This document shows positions 1-10,543 of a stretch of 64,000 nucleotides of DNA, piece by piece. Position numbers and translations under genes: made by a program. The number at the start of each line of letters is the position of its first letter. The stretch's first letter is position 1. Below the pieces are notes generated by a model. That model had not been told where the DNA came from, did not search any database, and saw only the letters and a program-made list of their open reading frames with translations. Source of the DNA: an uncultured delta proteobacterium (GTDB lineage: Bacteria; Myxococcota; Myxococcia; Myxococcales; Anaeromyxobacteraceae); contig CAVYBH010000008.1 of NCBI GenBank assembly GCA_963766715.1, forward strand, positions 224,001-288,000, in the 5' to 3' direction.

Positions 1-850
1 GCCGTCGCAGAGGATCCGCGCCTCCATCGAGGAGCGGCGGCTCGACGGCCTGGAGGGCGTCGCCGTCATCAACCCCGAGGAGAGCCCGGAGTTCGACCGC
101 TACGTGGCCCGCTTCTGGGAGCTCCGCTCGCGCAAGGGCATGACCTTCGCCGAGGCGCGCCGCCGCATGCGCACCCGCAACTACTACGCGTCGGTGATGG
201 TCGACCGGGGTGACGCCGACGGCATGGTCACGGGCCTCACGGTGGGCTACCCCGACGGCATCCGCGCGCCGCTCGAGGTGATCGGGACGCGCGAGGGGCG
301 CCGCGCCGCCGGCGTCTACATCGTGGTCACGAAGGACGACTTCAAGTTCTTCGCCGACACCACGGTGAACATCGACCCGAGCCCGCAGGAGATGGCCGAG
401 ATCGCGGTGACCACCGCCGACCTGGCCCGCTACTTCGACGTGATCCCGCGGGTCGCCATGCTCTCGTACTCGAGCTTCGGCGCCTCCCCCGGGCCGAGCC
501 CCGCCAAGGTGCGCAAGGCCACCGAGATCGTCCGCCAGCTCCGCCCCGACCTGGAGGTCGACGGCGAGATCCAGGTCGACATCGCGACCTCGGCCGAGAT
601 CCGCGTGCCCGAGTTCCCCTTCTCGACGCTGAAGGACGACGCCAACGTCTTCGTCTTCCCCAACCTCGACTCGGCCAACATCTCCTACCAGCTGCTCGAG
701 GCCATGGGCGGCGCCGAGGTCATCGGCCCGGTCCTGCTCGGCATGGACAAGCCGGTGAACGTGCTGCAGATGGGGACGAGCGTGCAGTCGATCGTCAACC
801 TGGCCGCCATCACCGCGCTCCGGGCCCAGGGCGACCAGTTCATCTTCTAG
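1..850 (+). CDS. maeB: NADP-dependent malic enzyme, C-terminal phosphotransacetylase-like domain (5' truncated by window edge)
   Basis: PTA_PTB motifs FFADTTVNIDP, RVAMLSYSSFG, DGEIQVD, FPNLDSANISYQLL and IGPVLLGMDKPV; the ending is typical of MaeB. Confidence 0.8.
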   Translation, partial: PSQRIRASIEERRLDGLEGVAVINPEESPEFDRYVARFWELRSRKGMTFAEARRRMRTRNYYASVMVDRGDADGMVTGLTVGYPDGIRAPLEVIGTREGRRAAGVYIVVTKDDFKFFADTTVNIDPSPQEMAEIAVTTADLARYFDVIPRVAMLSYSSFGASPGPSPAKVRKATEIVRQLRPDLEVDGEIQVDIATSAEIRVPEFPFSTLKDDANVFVFPNLDSANISYQLLEAMGGAEVIGPVLLGMDKPVNVLQMGTSVQSIVNLAAITALRAQGDQFIF

Positions 851-875
851 GTCGTCCTCGATCCCGCTTCACCCT

Positions 876-903
876 GGGGCCGGCTCCGAAAGGGGCCGGC
901 CCC
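876..903. terminator. GC-rich hairpin between convergent genes (probable bidirectional terminator)
   Basis: GGGGCCGGCTCC-GAAA-GGGGCCGGCCCC: 12-bp stem with one G-U pair and a GNRA loop; no clear U-tract. Confidence 0.6.
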
Positions 904-913
904 TCGCGTCCGG

Positions 914-1303
914 TCAGCCGACCATGGTCAGCGCGCGCTGGAGCGCGAACTTCACCTCGCCGGCGATCACGTTCAGGCCGGGGTGGGTGGCGGCGATGGT
1001 CGCCATCGGATCGATGGCGCAGATCACGGCCTTCCCGTCGTCCCCCTCGTAGACGATCACGTTGCAGGGCAGCATCACCCCGATCTCCAGCTCCGCCGAG
1101 AGCGCGCGGTAGGCGAGCTTGGGATTGCAGGCGCCCAGGATGCGGTAGCGGCGGAAGTCGGCGCCAATCTTCTGCTTCAGCGTCTCCTTCACGTCGATCT
1201 GGGTGAGCACGCCGAAGCCCTCGTGCTGCAGGGCGCCGGGGAGGCGGTCGAGCGCCTCGTCGAAGGTGAGCTGGGTCTTCTTCTGGATCCGGAAATCGGC
1301 CAT
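914..1303 (-). CDS. DUF302 domain protein
   Basis: GFGVLTQIDV...YRILGACNP...IGVMLPCNVIVYE signature; GAGGAGG RBS upstream. Confidence 0.9.
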   Translation of the reverse strand: MADFRIQKKTQLTFDEALDRLPGALQHEGFGVLTQIDVKETLKQKIGADFRRYRILGACNPKLAYRALSAELEIGVMLPCNVIVYEGDDGKAVICAIDPMATIAATHPGLNVIAGEVKFALQRALTMVG

Positions 1304-1325
1304 GTCGCGCCTCCTCGTTCGGGGT

Positions 1326-2780
1326 TCACAGGCTCAGCCGCAGCGCGACGCCGAAGTCGGCCACGGGCGGGGGATAGGCCACCGGCTCGGCCAGGTAGGG
1401 CGGCACGGCGGGGAGGTCGAGGGCGAACCGGAAGGCGCCGCCCTGGGTCCCGTAGTGCACCGACGCGTAGGCCTCGAGCCGCAGGTAGGTGAGCAGCAGC
1501 ACCGAGTAGTCGATGCGGCTGATGAACGTGGTGTCGCTCAGGTTGGCGAGCGTGGAGAAGATGAAGGTGGTGTCGTACCAGTCGAAGGGCTTGGGCAGGA
1601 GCAGGTAGAGCCCGACCTGGTTCCGGCCCACGTAGAACGGATCGTACTGCCCGTTGAAGATGAGCCAGGGGTAGATGGCGGGGTCGGCGTAGCCGAGCGA
1701 GTTGTAGAAGTACTCGGCCCCGAGCGTGAGCGTGTGCCGGTCGTCGTACTTCCAGGTCCAGGAGGCGCCCGCCGTCACCTGCGGCGCGAAGCCGGGCTGG
1801 TACGACTGGTACGCGCCCGGATAGGGCGGGGTCGCCTGCCAGTCGGGCGGGGTGAGCACGTTCCACTGCGGGAGCCCGTTGGGCGTCCCGCGCCCGAGGG
1901 AGGCCTCGCCGTAGAAGTCGATCTCCCAGAGCGCGAAGGACGCGTCGAGCCCCAGGCGCGGCAGCGTCCCCGACCGGGCCACCAGCTCGGCCGCCACCTC
2001 GAGCGGACCCAGCACGACCTCGGCCCGGAGCGCGCCGCCCACCTTCCCCAGCTGGTCCACCACCTCGTTCCCGCTGAAGAGCGCGAAGGCGTAGAAGTTC
2101 CAGCCCGCCTTCTCCCAGGGCACGTGGAGCTTCAGCATCCACTCGCCCTGGCGCTGGTCGAAGACGGAGAGGGGGTCGCGCTTGCGGAAGTGGAGGAAGT
2201 CGGTGGGGTTCCAGAAGCGGGCCACCCCCCAGGTCACCTGCTGCTTCCCCACCGCGACGAAGACGGTCCGCTCGATGTCGAACCGGATCCAGGCCTGGTC
2301 GAGCACCACCTGCGTGCCCAGGGTCTGGCCGAGCACCGAGGCCTGCACGGAATCCGGGACGAGCGGGTTCACCTGGGCCCGCCCGAGCACGAAGGCGCGC
2401 ACGCGGTCGTTGGGGCGGACGTCGACGTAGAGGTCGATCAGGTTGGGCGAGGTGAGCAGCCACTGCGAGGGGGCGAGCCCCTTCTGCCACTGCGTGTCGA
2501 GCCGCAGGTAGAGCATCCCGCCGATGCGGAGCGGGTCAGGGGGCGCGGGCGGCGCGCCGAAGCCCGGGGGCGCCGGGCTCGCGGTCTCCTGCCCCGCGTC
2601 CGGGGGCGCCTTCGGCTCGCCGGGCGGAGGCGGCTTCGGGTACGGCGCGGCGGGGGAGGGCCTGGCCGGCTCGGCCGACGCCGGCTTGCCGAAGATCTCC
2701 TCCTCGCTGGGGCGCTCCTGCGCGGACGCCGGCAGGGCGGCGAGCGCGAGGAGCAGGGCGAGGGCGGGACGGGAGCTCAT
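1326..2780 (-). CDS. Putative outer-membrane beta-barrel protein with signal peptide and Pro-rich N-terminus
   Basis: Signal peptide MSSRPALALLLALAALPASAQ; VGKQQVTWG..FWNPTD motif; amphipathic strands; last gene of the ABC operon with ATGA overlap. Confidence 0.7.
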   Translation of the reverse strand: MSSRPALALLLALAALPASAQERPSEEEIFGKPASAEPARPSPAAPYPKPPPPGEPKAPPDAGQETASPAPPGFGAPPAPPDPLRIGGMLYLRLDTQWQKGLAPSQWLLTSPNLIDLYVDVRPNDRVRAFVLGRAQVNPLVPDSVQASVLGQTLGTQVVLDQAWIRFDIERTVFVAVGKQQVTWGVARFWNPTDFLHFRKRDPLSVFDQRQGEWMLKLHVPWEKAGWNFYAFALFSGNEVVDQLGKVGGALRAEVVLGPLEVAAELVARSGTLPRLGLDASFALWEIDFYGEASLGRGTPNGLPQWNVLTPPDWQATPPYPGAYQSYQPGFAPQVTAGASWTWKYDDRHTLTLGAEYFYNSLGYADPAIYPWLIFNGQYDPFYVGRNQVGLYLLLPKPFDWYDTTFIFSTLANLSDTTFISRIDYSVLLLTYLRLEAYASVHYGTQGGAFRFALDLPAVPPYLAEPVAYPPPVADFGVALRLSL

Positions 2781-3547
2781 CGACTCTTGGACTCGAGCCA
2801 GGCCTTGGTGAACAGGTTCGGGTCGAGCGGGCGCATGTCGACCGACTTGATGAGGACGAGGGTCTGGTTGGCCTTCTCCACCTCGTCGTAGAAGCGCATC
2901 TCCTCCGCGTACCACACGTCGGCCTTCTTGGACTCGCTGAAGACCTTCTTCCAGCGCGGGTAGTAGGCGGTGCGCATGAGCCGTCCCGACAGCGCCATCT
3001 CCTGCTTCTTCAGCACGTTCCCGGTGGCCTGGTCCACCCAGAGTCGCACCGAGGGGAAGGCGACGTCCACCCCCGGCCGGGCGGTGAGGAGGATCCGGTG
3101 CACGTCGAACTTGCCGAGCTTCTCGTCCTGCTCCCACCTCGCGGTGTACTCCTCGGCCAGTCGCGACTCGTCGAGGTCCCCGCGGCGGGTGTCGGTGCCC
3201 CCGATGCGCTCCCGCTCGGTGCGGCGCTCCCATCTCCCCACCCGCGGATCGTAGAACCAGAGGTTCTTGTCGATGCGCAGGTAGCCCTTCCCCTGCTCGG
3301 TCTTCGGCTCCAGGAAGAGGAAGAGCAGCTTCTGCTCCTTGTCGCGCCGGTAGACCACCAGCTCGTAGACCACGTCGGTCTTGTCCTTCTCCTTGGCCTC
3401 CATGTAGGCGAGCGCCTTCCAGTCCCCGGAGTTGCGCTCCCGCTCGTCGATGGTGCGGATGATCCGGTCGGCCTCCTCCTGGCCGAGCGGCGCGGCCGGG
3501 CGGGGGACGGCGAGGACGGCCAGGGCGAGGACGAGGAGCTTGCGCAT
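2777..3547 (-). CDS. LolA-like outer membrane lipoprotein-sorting protein
   Basis: Signal peptide; FLEPKTEQGKGYLRIDKNLWFYDP...IGGTD pattern; C-terminal DPNLFTKAWL. Confidence 0.8.
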   Translation of the reverse strand: MRKLLVLALAVLAVPRPAAPLGQEEADRIIRTIDERERNSGDWKALAYMEAKEKDKTDVVYELVVYRRDKEQKLLFLFLEPKTEQGKGYLRIDKNLWFYDPRVGRWERRTERERIGGTDTRRGDLDESRLAEEYTARWEQDEKLGKFDVHRILLTARPGVDVAFPSVRLWVDQATGNVLKKQEMALSGRLMRTAYYPRWKKVFSESKKADVWYAEEMRFYDEVEKANQTLVLIKSVDMRPLDPNLFTKAWLESKSR

Positions 3548-3552
3548 GGGGT

Positions 3553-4863
3553 TCACCCGACGTGATGCATGGCGGTGACCGGCCGGAGGCGGGCGGCGTG
3601 GACCGACGGCCAGACGGCGGCGGCGGTGGTCAGCCCGGTCACGAAGGCCACGTAGGCGGCGACCTGCCCCGGATGGATGGCGAGGTGCAGGTTCCGCTGG
3701 AGGAGGAAGTACTGCATGGTCTCGGGCAGCTCGATCCCGGCGGCGTTGAGCGCCGCCCCGATGGCCCCGCCGGCGAGCGCCCCCAGGGCCGCCCCCGCCA
3801 GGCCGAGCAGGAAGGCCTCGAGCAGCGTGAGGCGGAGCACCTGGGATCGCTGCATCCCGATGGCGCGCAGGGTCCCGATCTCGCGGGTGCGCTCCCGGAT
3901 GGCGATGGCGAGCGTGTTCACGATTCCCACCGCCACGATGACCAGGAGCACGGTGACGAGCACGTTGCCCAGCCAGGTGACGGCGGTGACGATCCAGGAG
4001 AGGAAGCTCATCTCGTCCTCCCAGGTGGTCACGTCGAGCTTCTGGCCGGTCCAGTCCTCGGCGTTCACCTTGAACATGAGCTTCTGCCAGTAGGGCTGGG
4101 GATCCGGGTCCATGACCCGGTACCCGGCCTCGCGCAGGGCGGCGCGCAGGCGGGTGGCCACCCGGGACGAGTCGGCCGGGTCCCGGAGGTAGAGCTGCAC
4201 CGCCCCGGTCGTGCCGGCCTTGAGCTGGTAGAGCTGACGCAAGGTCTCGGCGGGGACGAAGGCGTTGAAGGCCGAGAGCAGCCCGATGTTGCGCGCCACC
4301 GCGCCGATCCGCACGTCGGCGGTGTTGCTCGCCCCGCGGGTGGTGGGCGCCGACAGCGTGATCGTGTCGCCGGGCTTCACCCCGAGCCGCTTGGCCTGGT
4401 CCTGGAAGATCAGGATCGTGCCGGGCTGCCGCAGGTCGTCGAGGTTCCCCTCGATCACCTGGACCACCTCGCGGAAGCGGGGCTCCCGGTCGAGCTCCAC
4501 GCCGGCCAGGATGAGGTCCATCGAGCCCGAGTCGGCGACGGCCTTGGCCCACCCCCGGCCGCGAGGCGCCGCGTAGACCAGCTCGGGCACCTTTTCCTTC
4601 ACCGCGTCCCAGGGCTTCTCCCATCCGGCCACGATGGGGGCGGCGGTCCCGCTCGTGATCTTGAAGAACCCCGCCAGGTTCACGTGCCCGGTCATGAGCG
4701 TGGTGGCCGACTGGAGCATGGCCTCGCGCATCCCGGTGGTGAGGCCTCCCAGCAGGACCAGCATGGCCGTGACGCCGCCGATGGCCGAGCCCAGCAGCAC
4801 GTTGCGCCGCGTGTGGCGGGTCAGGTTCCGGGCGGCGATGGCGAGGTCGGTGCCGATCATCAT
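3553..4863 (-). CDS. ABC transporter permease, FtsX/LolE/MacB family
   Basis: IAARNLTRHTRR N-terminus; IRERTREIGTLRAIGM motif; C-terminal AARLRPVTAM. Confidence 0.9.
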   Translation of the reverse strand: MMIGTDLAIAARNLTRHTRRNVLLGSAIGGVTAMLVLLGGLTTGMREAMLQSATTLMTGHVNLAGFFKITSGTAAPIVAGWEKPWDAVKEKVPELVYAAPRGRGWAKAVADSGSMDLILAGVELDREPRFREVVQVIEGNLDDLRQPGTILIFQDQAKRLGVKPGDTITLSAPTTRGASNTADVRIGAVARNIGLLSAFNAFVPAETLRQLYQLKAGTTGAVQLYLRDPADSSRVATRLRAALREAGYRVMDPDPQPYWQKLMFKVNAEDWTGQKLDVTTWEDEMSFLSWIVTAVTWLGNVLVTVLLVIVAVGIVNTLAIAIRERTREIGTLRAIGMQRSQVLRLTLLEAFLLGLAGAALGALAGGAIGAALNAAGIELPETMQYFLLQRNLHLAIHPGQVAAYVAFVTGLTTAAAVWPSVHAARLRPVTAMHHVG

Positions 4864-7008
4864 TCGTCCGATTGCATGGCCTCGAGCGGGGTCACGCGCA
4901 TGGCCAGCACCGCCGGGTAGAGGGCGGAGAGGATGCTCACCAGGAACACGATGGCCACGGCCGAGAGCAGGCTGGCGGTCCCCAGGCGGGGAACGAGCGC
5001 GGGGCCGGAGAACAGGAAGTACATGGTGTCGTTGGTGGCGGCGATCCCGCCGGCCCACCCGATGGCCTGAACGATCAGGATGCCCAGGCCCGCCCCCAGG
5101 CCGCCGAAGACGAGGCCGGTGGTCACGACCTCCACGACCACCAGCACGAGCACGAAGCGGCGCTGCGCCCCGATGGCGCGCATGGTCCCGATCTCCTTCA
5201 CCCGCTGCAGGGTGGCCATGACCATGGCGTTGTTGATGATGACGAGCGCCACCGCGAAGATGATGAGCACCGCCAGGTAGAGCACCATGCGGAGCAGCCC
5301 CATCGACTGGCCGACGATGCCCGAGGCCTCGAGCCAGGTCATGGCCTTCACCTCCATGCCGGCCTGGTGCGCCGCCTCCACCAGCCGCGGCATGGTCTCG
5401 GCGATGCGTCGCGGGTCGTCGAGGATCACCGCGGCGTTGAGCGCCACCCCCCGGTCGGTCTCGTCCTGGCCGTAGCGCCTGTGGAAGAGCTCGTCGCGCG
5501 TCCGCCGGGTCCCGTTGCCCTCGAGCAGCCTCGACTCGTCGATCGCCTGGGGCGCCGTGGCCTGCACCGGCGCCGGCCTCGCCGCCTCCGCCGAAGAGCG
5601 CGGCCTCGGCGTCCTCCCGCGCGACGAGCCTGGCGCCGGCCCGCTCCTTCAGCTTCCGGATCTCGGCGGCCCGCTCCGGCGTGAGGTAGCCGTAGAGGTC
5701 GCGCCAGGAGTGGATGTCGAGCACGCTCATCATGCCGGCCAGCGCCGAGCGCTCCAGGCCGCGGAACTCGACGAAGCCGTAGACCGGCACGTTCACCGAG
5801 TTGACGTAGCCGCTGCGCGACGGCGCCTTGATGGTGAGGGTGTCGCCCACCTTCACCGAGTACAGCTGGAGCAGCGGCGCCAGCTGCTCGTAGAAGATCC
5901 GGTAGCGCGCGTCGAAGCTCGCGTCGTCGGTGTCGAGCAGGGCCGCCAGCAGCCGGGCCGGGTCGGTCTCCTGGGTCCCCAGGGCCGCCTGGAGCCGCCT
6001 GGCCGCCTCGCGCGTCCGCGTGGGGTCGAGCTGCAGGAGGATGTCCCGGGTCTGCTCGGTGTTCTCCTTCACCCAGCGCTGCAGCTCCTCGTCCTTCGCG
6101 ATCCGGCGGCCGTGGACGTCGCGGGCCTCCTTGATCTTGTCGAGCCGGCGCGCGGTGCGGAGCTTGAGCCAGTCCTCGGCGTAGAGCTTGCCGAGCAGGA
6201 CGCCGCGCTGGCCCGGCGGGATGGCCGTTCCCTCCACCACCTGCGCGCCGGGGAACGCCCGCTGGAAGGCCTCCGGATCGGTCCCGACGTACCGGATGAA
6301 GGTGAAGCCGCCGTCCAGCGAGAGCGGCGCCACCCGGTTCTCCAGGAACTCGAGGGAGCCGAGCGGGTCCTGGTCGAAGCGGTCCCAGAAGCCCCCCTGG
6401 ACGGCCTGCTCCAGCGCGTCGAAGTCGGCCTTGCGATCCTTGTACTCGCCCGCGCTCTCGTCGGCGATCTCCCGGGCCTGGCGGAGCTCCTGCTGGAGGA
6501 GCGTGGCCATCCGGCGCAGGTGGGCCTTGTGGGCCTCGTACTCCGGATCCTCGGGGGGCGGGCCCTGCTCCGCGCGCCGGCGCACGTCGGCGCGCAGCCG
6601 CTCGAGCGCCACGTCGAAGACGTTGCCCATGGACACCATCGCCTGGTCGATGCCCATGGGCACGACCTGCTTCACGCCGGGGACGGTCAGGGCCGCGGCC
6701 TTGAGCCGCGCGAAGTCGTCGATGGGCTCGAGCATCGACTCGCCCATGGTCCCGCCGTAGAGGGCGAGCGGGTCGCGGGACCTGGCGTCGTAGAGCTGGA
6801 CGTGGCCGCCCAGGCTTCCCTGGATGCTCCGGGTCATCCCGGCGTCGATGGAGTCGAGCAGCGAGCTGCCCAGCACCACCACGATCACGCCCAGGGCCAC
6901 GATGCCGCCGACCACCAGCGTGCGCACCCGGCTGGCCACGAGGTTCCTCATGGCCATCTCGAGCAGGATCCGCGCCTGCCGGAAGCGGGACGAGGCCGAT
7001 CCCGGCAC
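4860..7008 (-). CDS. ABC transporter permease, FtsX/LolE family with large periplasmic domain (frameshift near 5570)
   Basis: AMRNLVASRVRT N-terminus in one frame; QRVKEIGTMRAIGA and AMRVTPLEAM in a second frame. Confidence 0.85.
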
Positions 7009-7009
7009 C

Positions 7010-7717
7010 TTACGCCTCCGCGCCCTGCACCGCGTCGCGCCCGACCACCCGCCCGTCCTCGAGCCGGACGATGGCGCTGGCGTGCGCCATCACCTTCGGG
7101 TCGTGGGTGGAGAAGATGAAGGTGGTCCCGTCCCGGCGGTTCATCTCGCGCATCAGGTCGATGATGGTGCCGCCGGTCTTCGAGTCCAGGTTGGCGGTGG
7201 GCTCGTCGGCGAGCACGAGCGGCGGCCGGGCGACGAGCGCCCGCGCCACGGCCACGCGCTGCCGCTGGCCGCCGGAGAGCTCGCTGGGGCGGTGCCGGGC
7301 GTGATCGGCCAGGCCCACCGACTCGAGGAGCTCGTTGACCCGGCGCTCGCGCTCCGCCGCGGTCATGCGCCCCTGCAGGAGCAGCGGGAACTCCACGTTC
7401 TGGAACACGGTGAGCACCGCCACCAGGTTGAAGGTCTGGAAGATGAAGCCGATGTGGTCGAGCCGGAGCCGGGTGAGGGCGCGCTCGGTGAGCCGGGAGG
7501 TGTCCTCGCCGTCCACCCAGACGGTGCCGCTGGTGGGCACGTCGACGCCGCCGACCAGGTTGAGGAGCGTCGTCTTCCCGCTACCCGACGGCCCGGCGAT
7601 GGAGAGGAACTCGCCGCGCTGCACCACCAGGTCGACGTGGCGCAGCGCGTGCACCTCCGTCTTCCCCAGCTGGTAGACCTTGGCGACGTCCTGCGCCGCG
7701 ACGATGGGTTCCGGCAT
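7010..7717 (-). CDS. ABC transporter ATP-binding protein (LolD/MacB-like)
   Basis: GPSGSGKTT, ELSGGQRQRVAVARAL, LADEPTANLD, STHD. Confidence 0.95.
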   Translation of the reverse strand: MPEPIVAAQDVAKVYQLGKTEVHALRHVDLVVQRGEFLSIAGPSGSGKTTLLNLVGGVDVPTSGTVWVDGEDTSRLTERALTRLRLDHIGFIFQTFNLVAVLTVFQNVEFPLLLQGRMTAAERERRVNELLESVGLADHARHRPSELSGGQRQRVAVARALVARPPLVLADEPTANLDSKTGGTIIDLMREMNRRDGTTFIFSTHDPKVMAHASAIVRLEDGRVVGRDAVQGAEA

Positions 7718-7786
7718 GTGCTCCCCCGCGTGGCGGCGGGCCGCCCGCTCGATGTCCGATCCCTGGCCAGTTATAGTCCCGGGCGC

Positions 7787-8456
7787 GTGACCGCGGAGAA
7801 GAAGCCATTCCACAACCCTTTCGGGAAGCTGAAGGAGCTTCGGAAGGAGGCGTCCGCGCCGCCCGCCCCGCGGAAGCCGGCGCCCCCCGCCGCCGCCCCC
7901 TCCCCCTCGCGAGCCCTCCGACGCCGACCTCTGGGCCGCGGCGATCGCCGACGCCCGCCCGGTGGAAGGCCGGGGCAAGGTGGTGGCGCCGGCCGCGCCG
8001 CGCGTCCCGTCCCCGGAGTTCTGGCATCCCGACCTCGACGCCATCCGGGAGCTCGAGGCGCTCGTCTCCGGCGAGGCCCCCTTCGACATCTCGGACAGCG
8101 ACGAGTTCATCGAGGGGCGCGTCTCGGGGCTCGACCCCGGGCTGGTGAGAAAGCTCCGGCGGGGCGACTTCTCGGTGCAGGCCCACCTCGATCTCCACGG
8201 CCAGTCGAGGGCGGAGGCCAAGGCGGAGGTGGACCGCTTCCTGCGCCGCTCGCGGGAGCAGGGCAAGCGCTGCGTGCTGCTCGTCCACGGGCGCGGGCTC
8301 CACTCGAAGGATCAGGTCCCGGTGCTGAAGGAGGCGCTCCGCAGCTGGCTGGCGACCGCGCGGTTCGGGCGGCACGTGCTGGCCTTCGCGACGGCGCGGC
8401 CGCAGGACGGGGGCGCGGGGGCGATCTACGTCCTCTTGCGGCGCATCGGCCGCTGA
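7787..8456 (+). CDS. Smr domain protein (frameshift near 7905)
   Basis: N-terminal PFHNPFGKLK; LRRGDFSVQAHLDLHG, VLLVHGRGLHS and DGGAGAIYVLLR Smr motifs. Confidence 0.85.
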
Positions 8457-8535
8457 GGAAGGACGGGCGGGAGGTGACAGCCGTCCCCCCGGCGATTAGG
8501 GATGGCCGCGGCTTCCCGCCGCACCGGAGGTTCCC

Positions 8536-9043
8536 ATGCGCTTCCCGATCGTCGCCCTGCTCGTCTCCCTTCCCCTTCTCGCCGCGGCCTCGCCTGCCGC
8601 GACCGCCACGCTTCGCGACGCCCAGGGCAAGGCCGTCGGAACGGCGACCCTCACGCCGGCCGAGGGCGGCGTGAAGATCTCGGTGACCGTGACCGGCGTC
8701 TCGCCCGGGCTCCACGGCTTCCACGTCCACGCCGTGGGGAAGTGCGAGGGGCCGGACTTCAAGTCGGCCGGCGGGCACTTCAACCCCGCGCTCGAAGGAG
8801 CACGGCCTCGAGAACCCGAAGGGCTCGCACGCCGGTGACATGCCCAACCTGTCGGTGGGCGCCGACGGGACCGGCAAGGGAGACTTCCTGGCGCGCGGCG
8901 CCTCGCTCGGCGCGGGCGCGGGCTCGCTCTTTCCCGAGGGCGGCACGGCCGTCGTGCTCCACGCCGCGCCGGACGACATGAAGTCCGACCCGGCGGGGAA
9001 CGCGGGCGCCCGGATCGCCTGCGGCGTCGTCGAGAAGAAGTGA
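8536..9043 (+). CDS. sodC: Cu/Zn superoxide dismutase, exported (frameshift near 8795)
   Basis: Signal peptide; [40 protein letters not shown]. Confidence 0.9.
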
Positions 9044-9054
9044 TCGGCGGGGCC

Positions 9055-9835
9055 TCAAGGCCCCATCGACGAACGCACGTCCCTCATCGCCTGCTGGCTC
9101 ACCCGGAGGAATCCCTCGCCCGGTCGGTCGAGGTCGAGGATGAGCGCGAGCACCACCGCGAGCACCATCGAGAGGATGAGAGTCGCGAAGGCGCTCCGGT
9201 CGCCCGCCAGCCCTCTCGAGTAGCCCAGGGCCGCGAGGACGAGCAGGCTCACCACGTACAGCGTCCCGAAGATGATCGGCGGGATGGGGTTCCGGGTGGA
9301 CGCGGCGAGGCGCCGGGCGTGCATGTCGATCACCTCGTTCACGGCGGCCACGAAGAGCGCCACGGTCGGAGAAGGAACCGCGGTCGCTGCGGCCACGGTG
9401 ATGGTCCAGAGGGAGACGTGCAGGCGCTCGGATCGCGCGATGGCCTCGTTCCTCGCGGCGATCCCACCCGCGGTGGCGTCGAGGCGCGCCTGCGCGTAGT
9501 CGCGCAGGACCGCGCGCGCCTGCGTGCGCATCGGCTCGGGGATGAGGTCGGCCCGGAGCCACGCCGTCCCGATGGCGTTGGCCTCCTCGACGACCAGGGT
9601 CTTCCTGTCGTCGAACCGGGCTCCCGGCCATGCCGAAGGTGAATGCGAGCAGCAGCCCGAGCAGGCCGAGGAGCCCGCCCAGGGTCGTGCCCATGTCGGC
9701 GAGCGAGCCCGTGGAGTGGCGAGCGACGACGCGCCTTCCGAAGCGGTAGCCCGCCTCGGCGGCCACGAAGAAGGCCACGGCGGACCCGAGGAGGACCACG
9801 AAGAGCGGGATTCCCTCGAAGAGCCCCCGGGTCAC
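9055..9835 (-). CDS. DUF4239/bestrophin-like membrane protein (frameshift near 9620)
   Basis: [28 protein letters not shown] and LILDLDRP motifs; GTG start at 9835 in a GTGA overlap. Confidence 0.75.
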
Positions 9836-10543
9836 GCCGGCCGTACCTGCCCCTTCCAGGGTCGCCGCGATCCGCCGCGCCGCCCCCGCGGGGTCACCGC
9901 CCTCGCGCAGCGGGCGCCCGATCACCACCACGTCGGCCCCGGCGAGGACCGCCTCGGCCGGCGTGGCCACCCGGGCCTGATCCCCTCGCGCCGCGCCGGG
10001 TGGCCGGACCCCGGGCACGACGAGCAGCGGCCCGGGCCCCACCGCGGCCCGCACCGCCGCCACCTCGTGGGGCGAGCACACGAGACCGCCCGCGCCGGCC
10101 CCGACCGCGAGCCGCGCCAGCCGCACCACCGCGCCGGCGGCCGGTCCGGCGAGCCCGATCCGCTCGAGCGCGGCGTCGTCGAGGCTGGTCAGCACGGTCA
10201 CGGCCAGGACCCGGAGCCGCCCCGCCGCGCCCCGGACGGCCGCCCGGACCATCTCGTCGCCGCCGGCCGCGTGCACCGTGAGCAGCGACGCACCGCTCGA
10301 TGCGGCGCTGCGCGCCGCGCCCTCGACGGTGTGGGGGATGTCGTGGAGCTTCAGGTCGAGGAAGACCGGACGCCCCAGCGCCGCGGCGGCGCGAACCACC
10401 GGCGGGCCCTCGGCCACGAAGAGCTCGAGCCCCACCTTGAGCATCCCCACCTCGGGCGCGACGGCCCGGGCGAAGGGCTCGGCCTCGCTCCACGAGGGGA
10501 AATCGACCGCTGCGCAGATCCGCTCCCGTGGAGGCGCGGTCAC
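9832..10543 (-). CDS. pyrF: Orotidine-5'-phosphate decarboxylase (3' end uncertain; reads through into the next gene as sequenced)
   Basis: [48 protein letters not shown]. Confidence 0.95.

Noticed and set aside
9055..10543. Apparent in-frame pyrF-DUF4239 fusion
   Set aside because: A GTGA start/stop overlap lies exactly at the junction (9832-9835); one indel in the preceding G-run would restore two coupled genes
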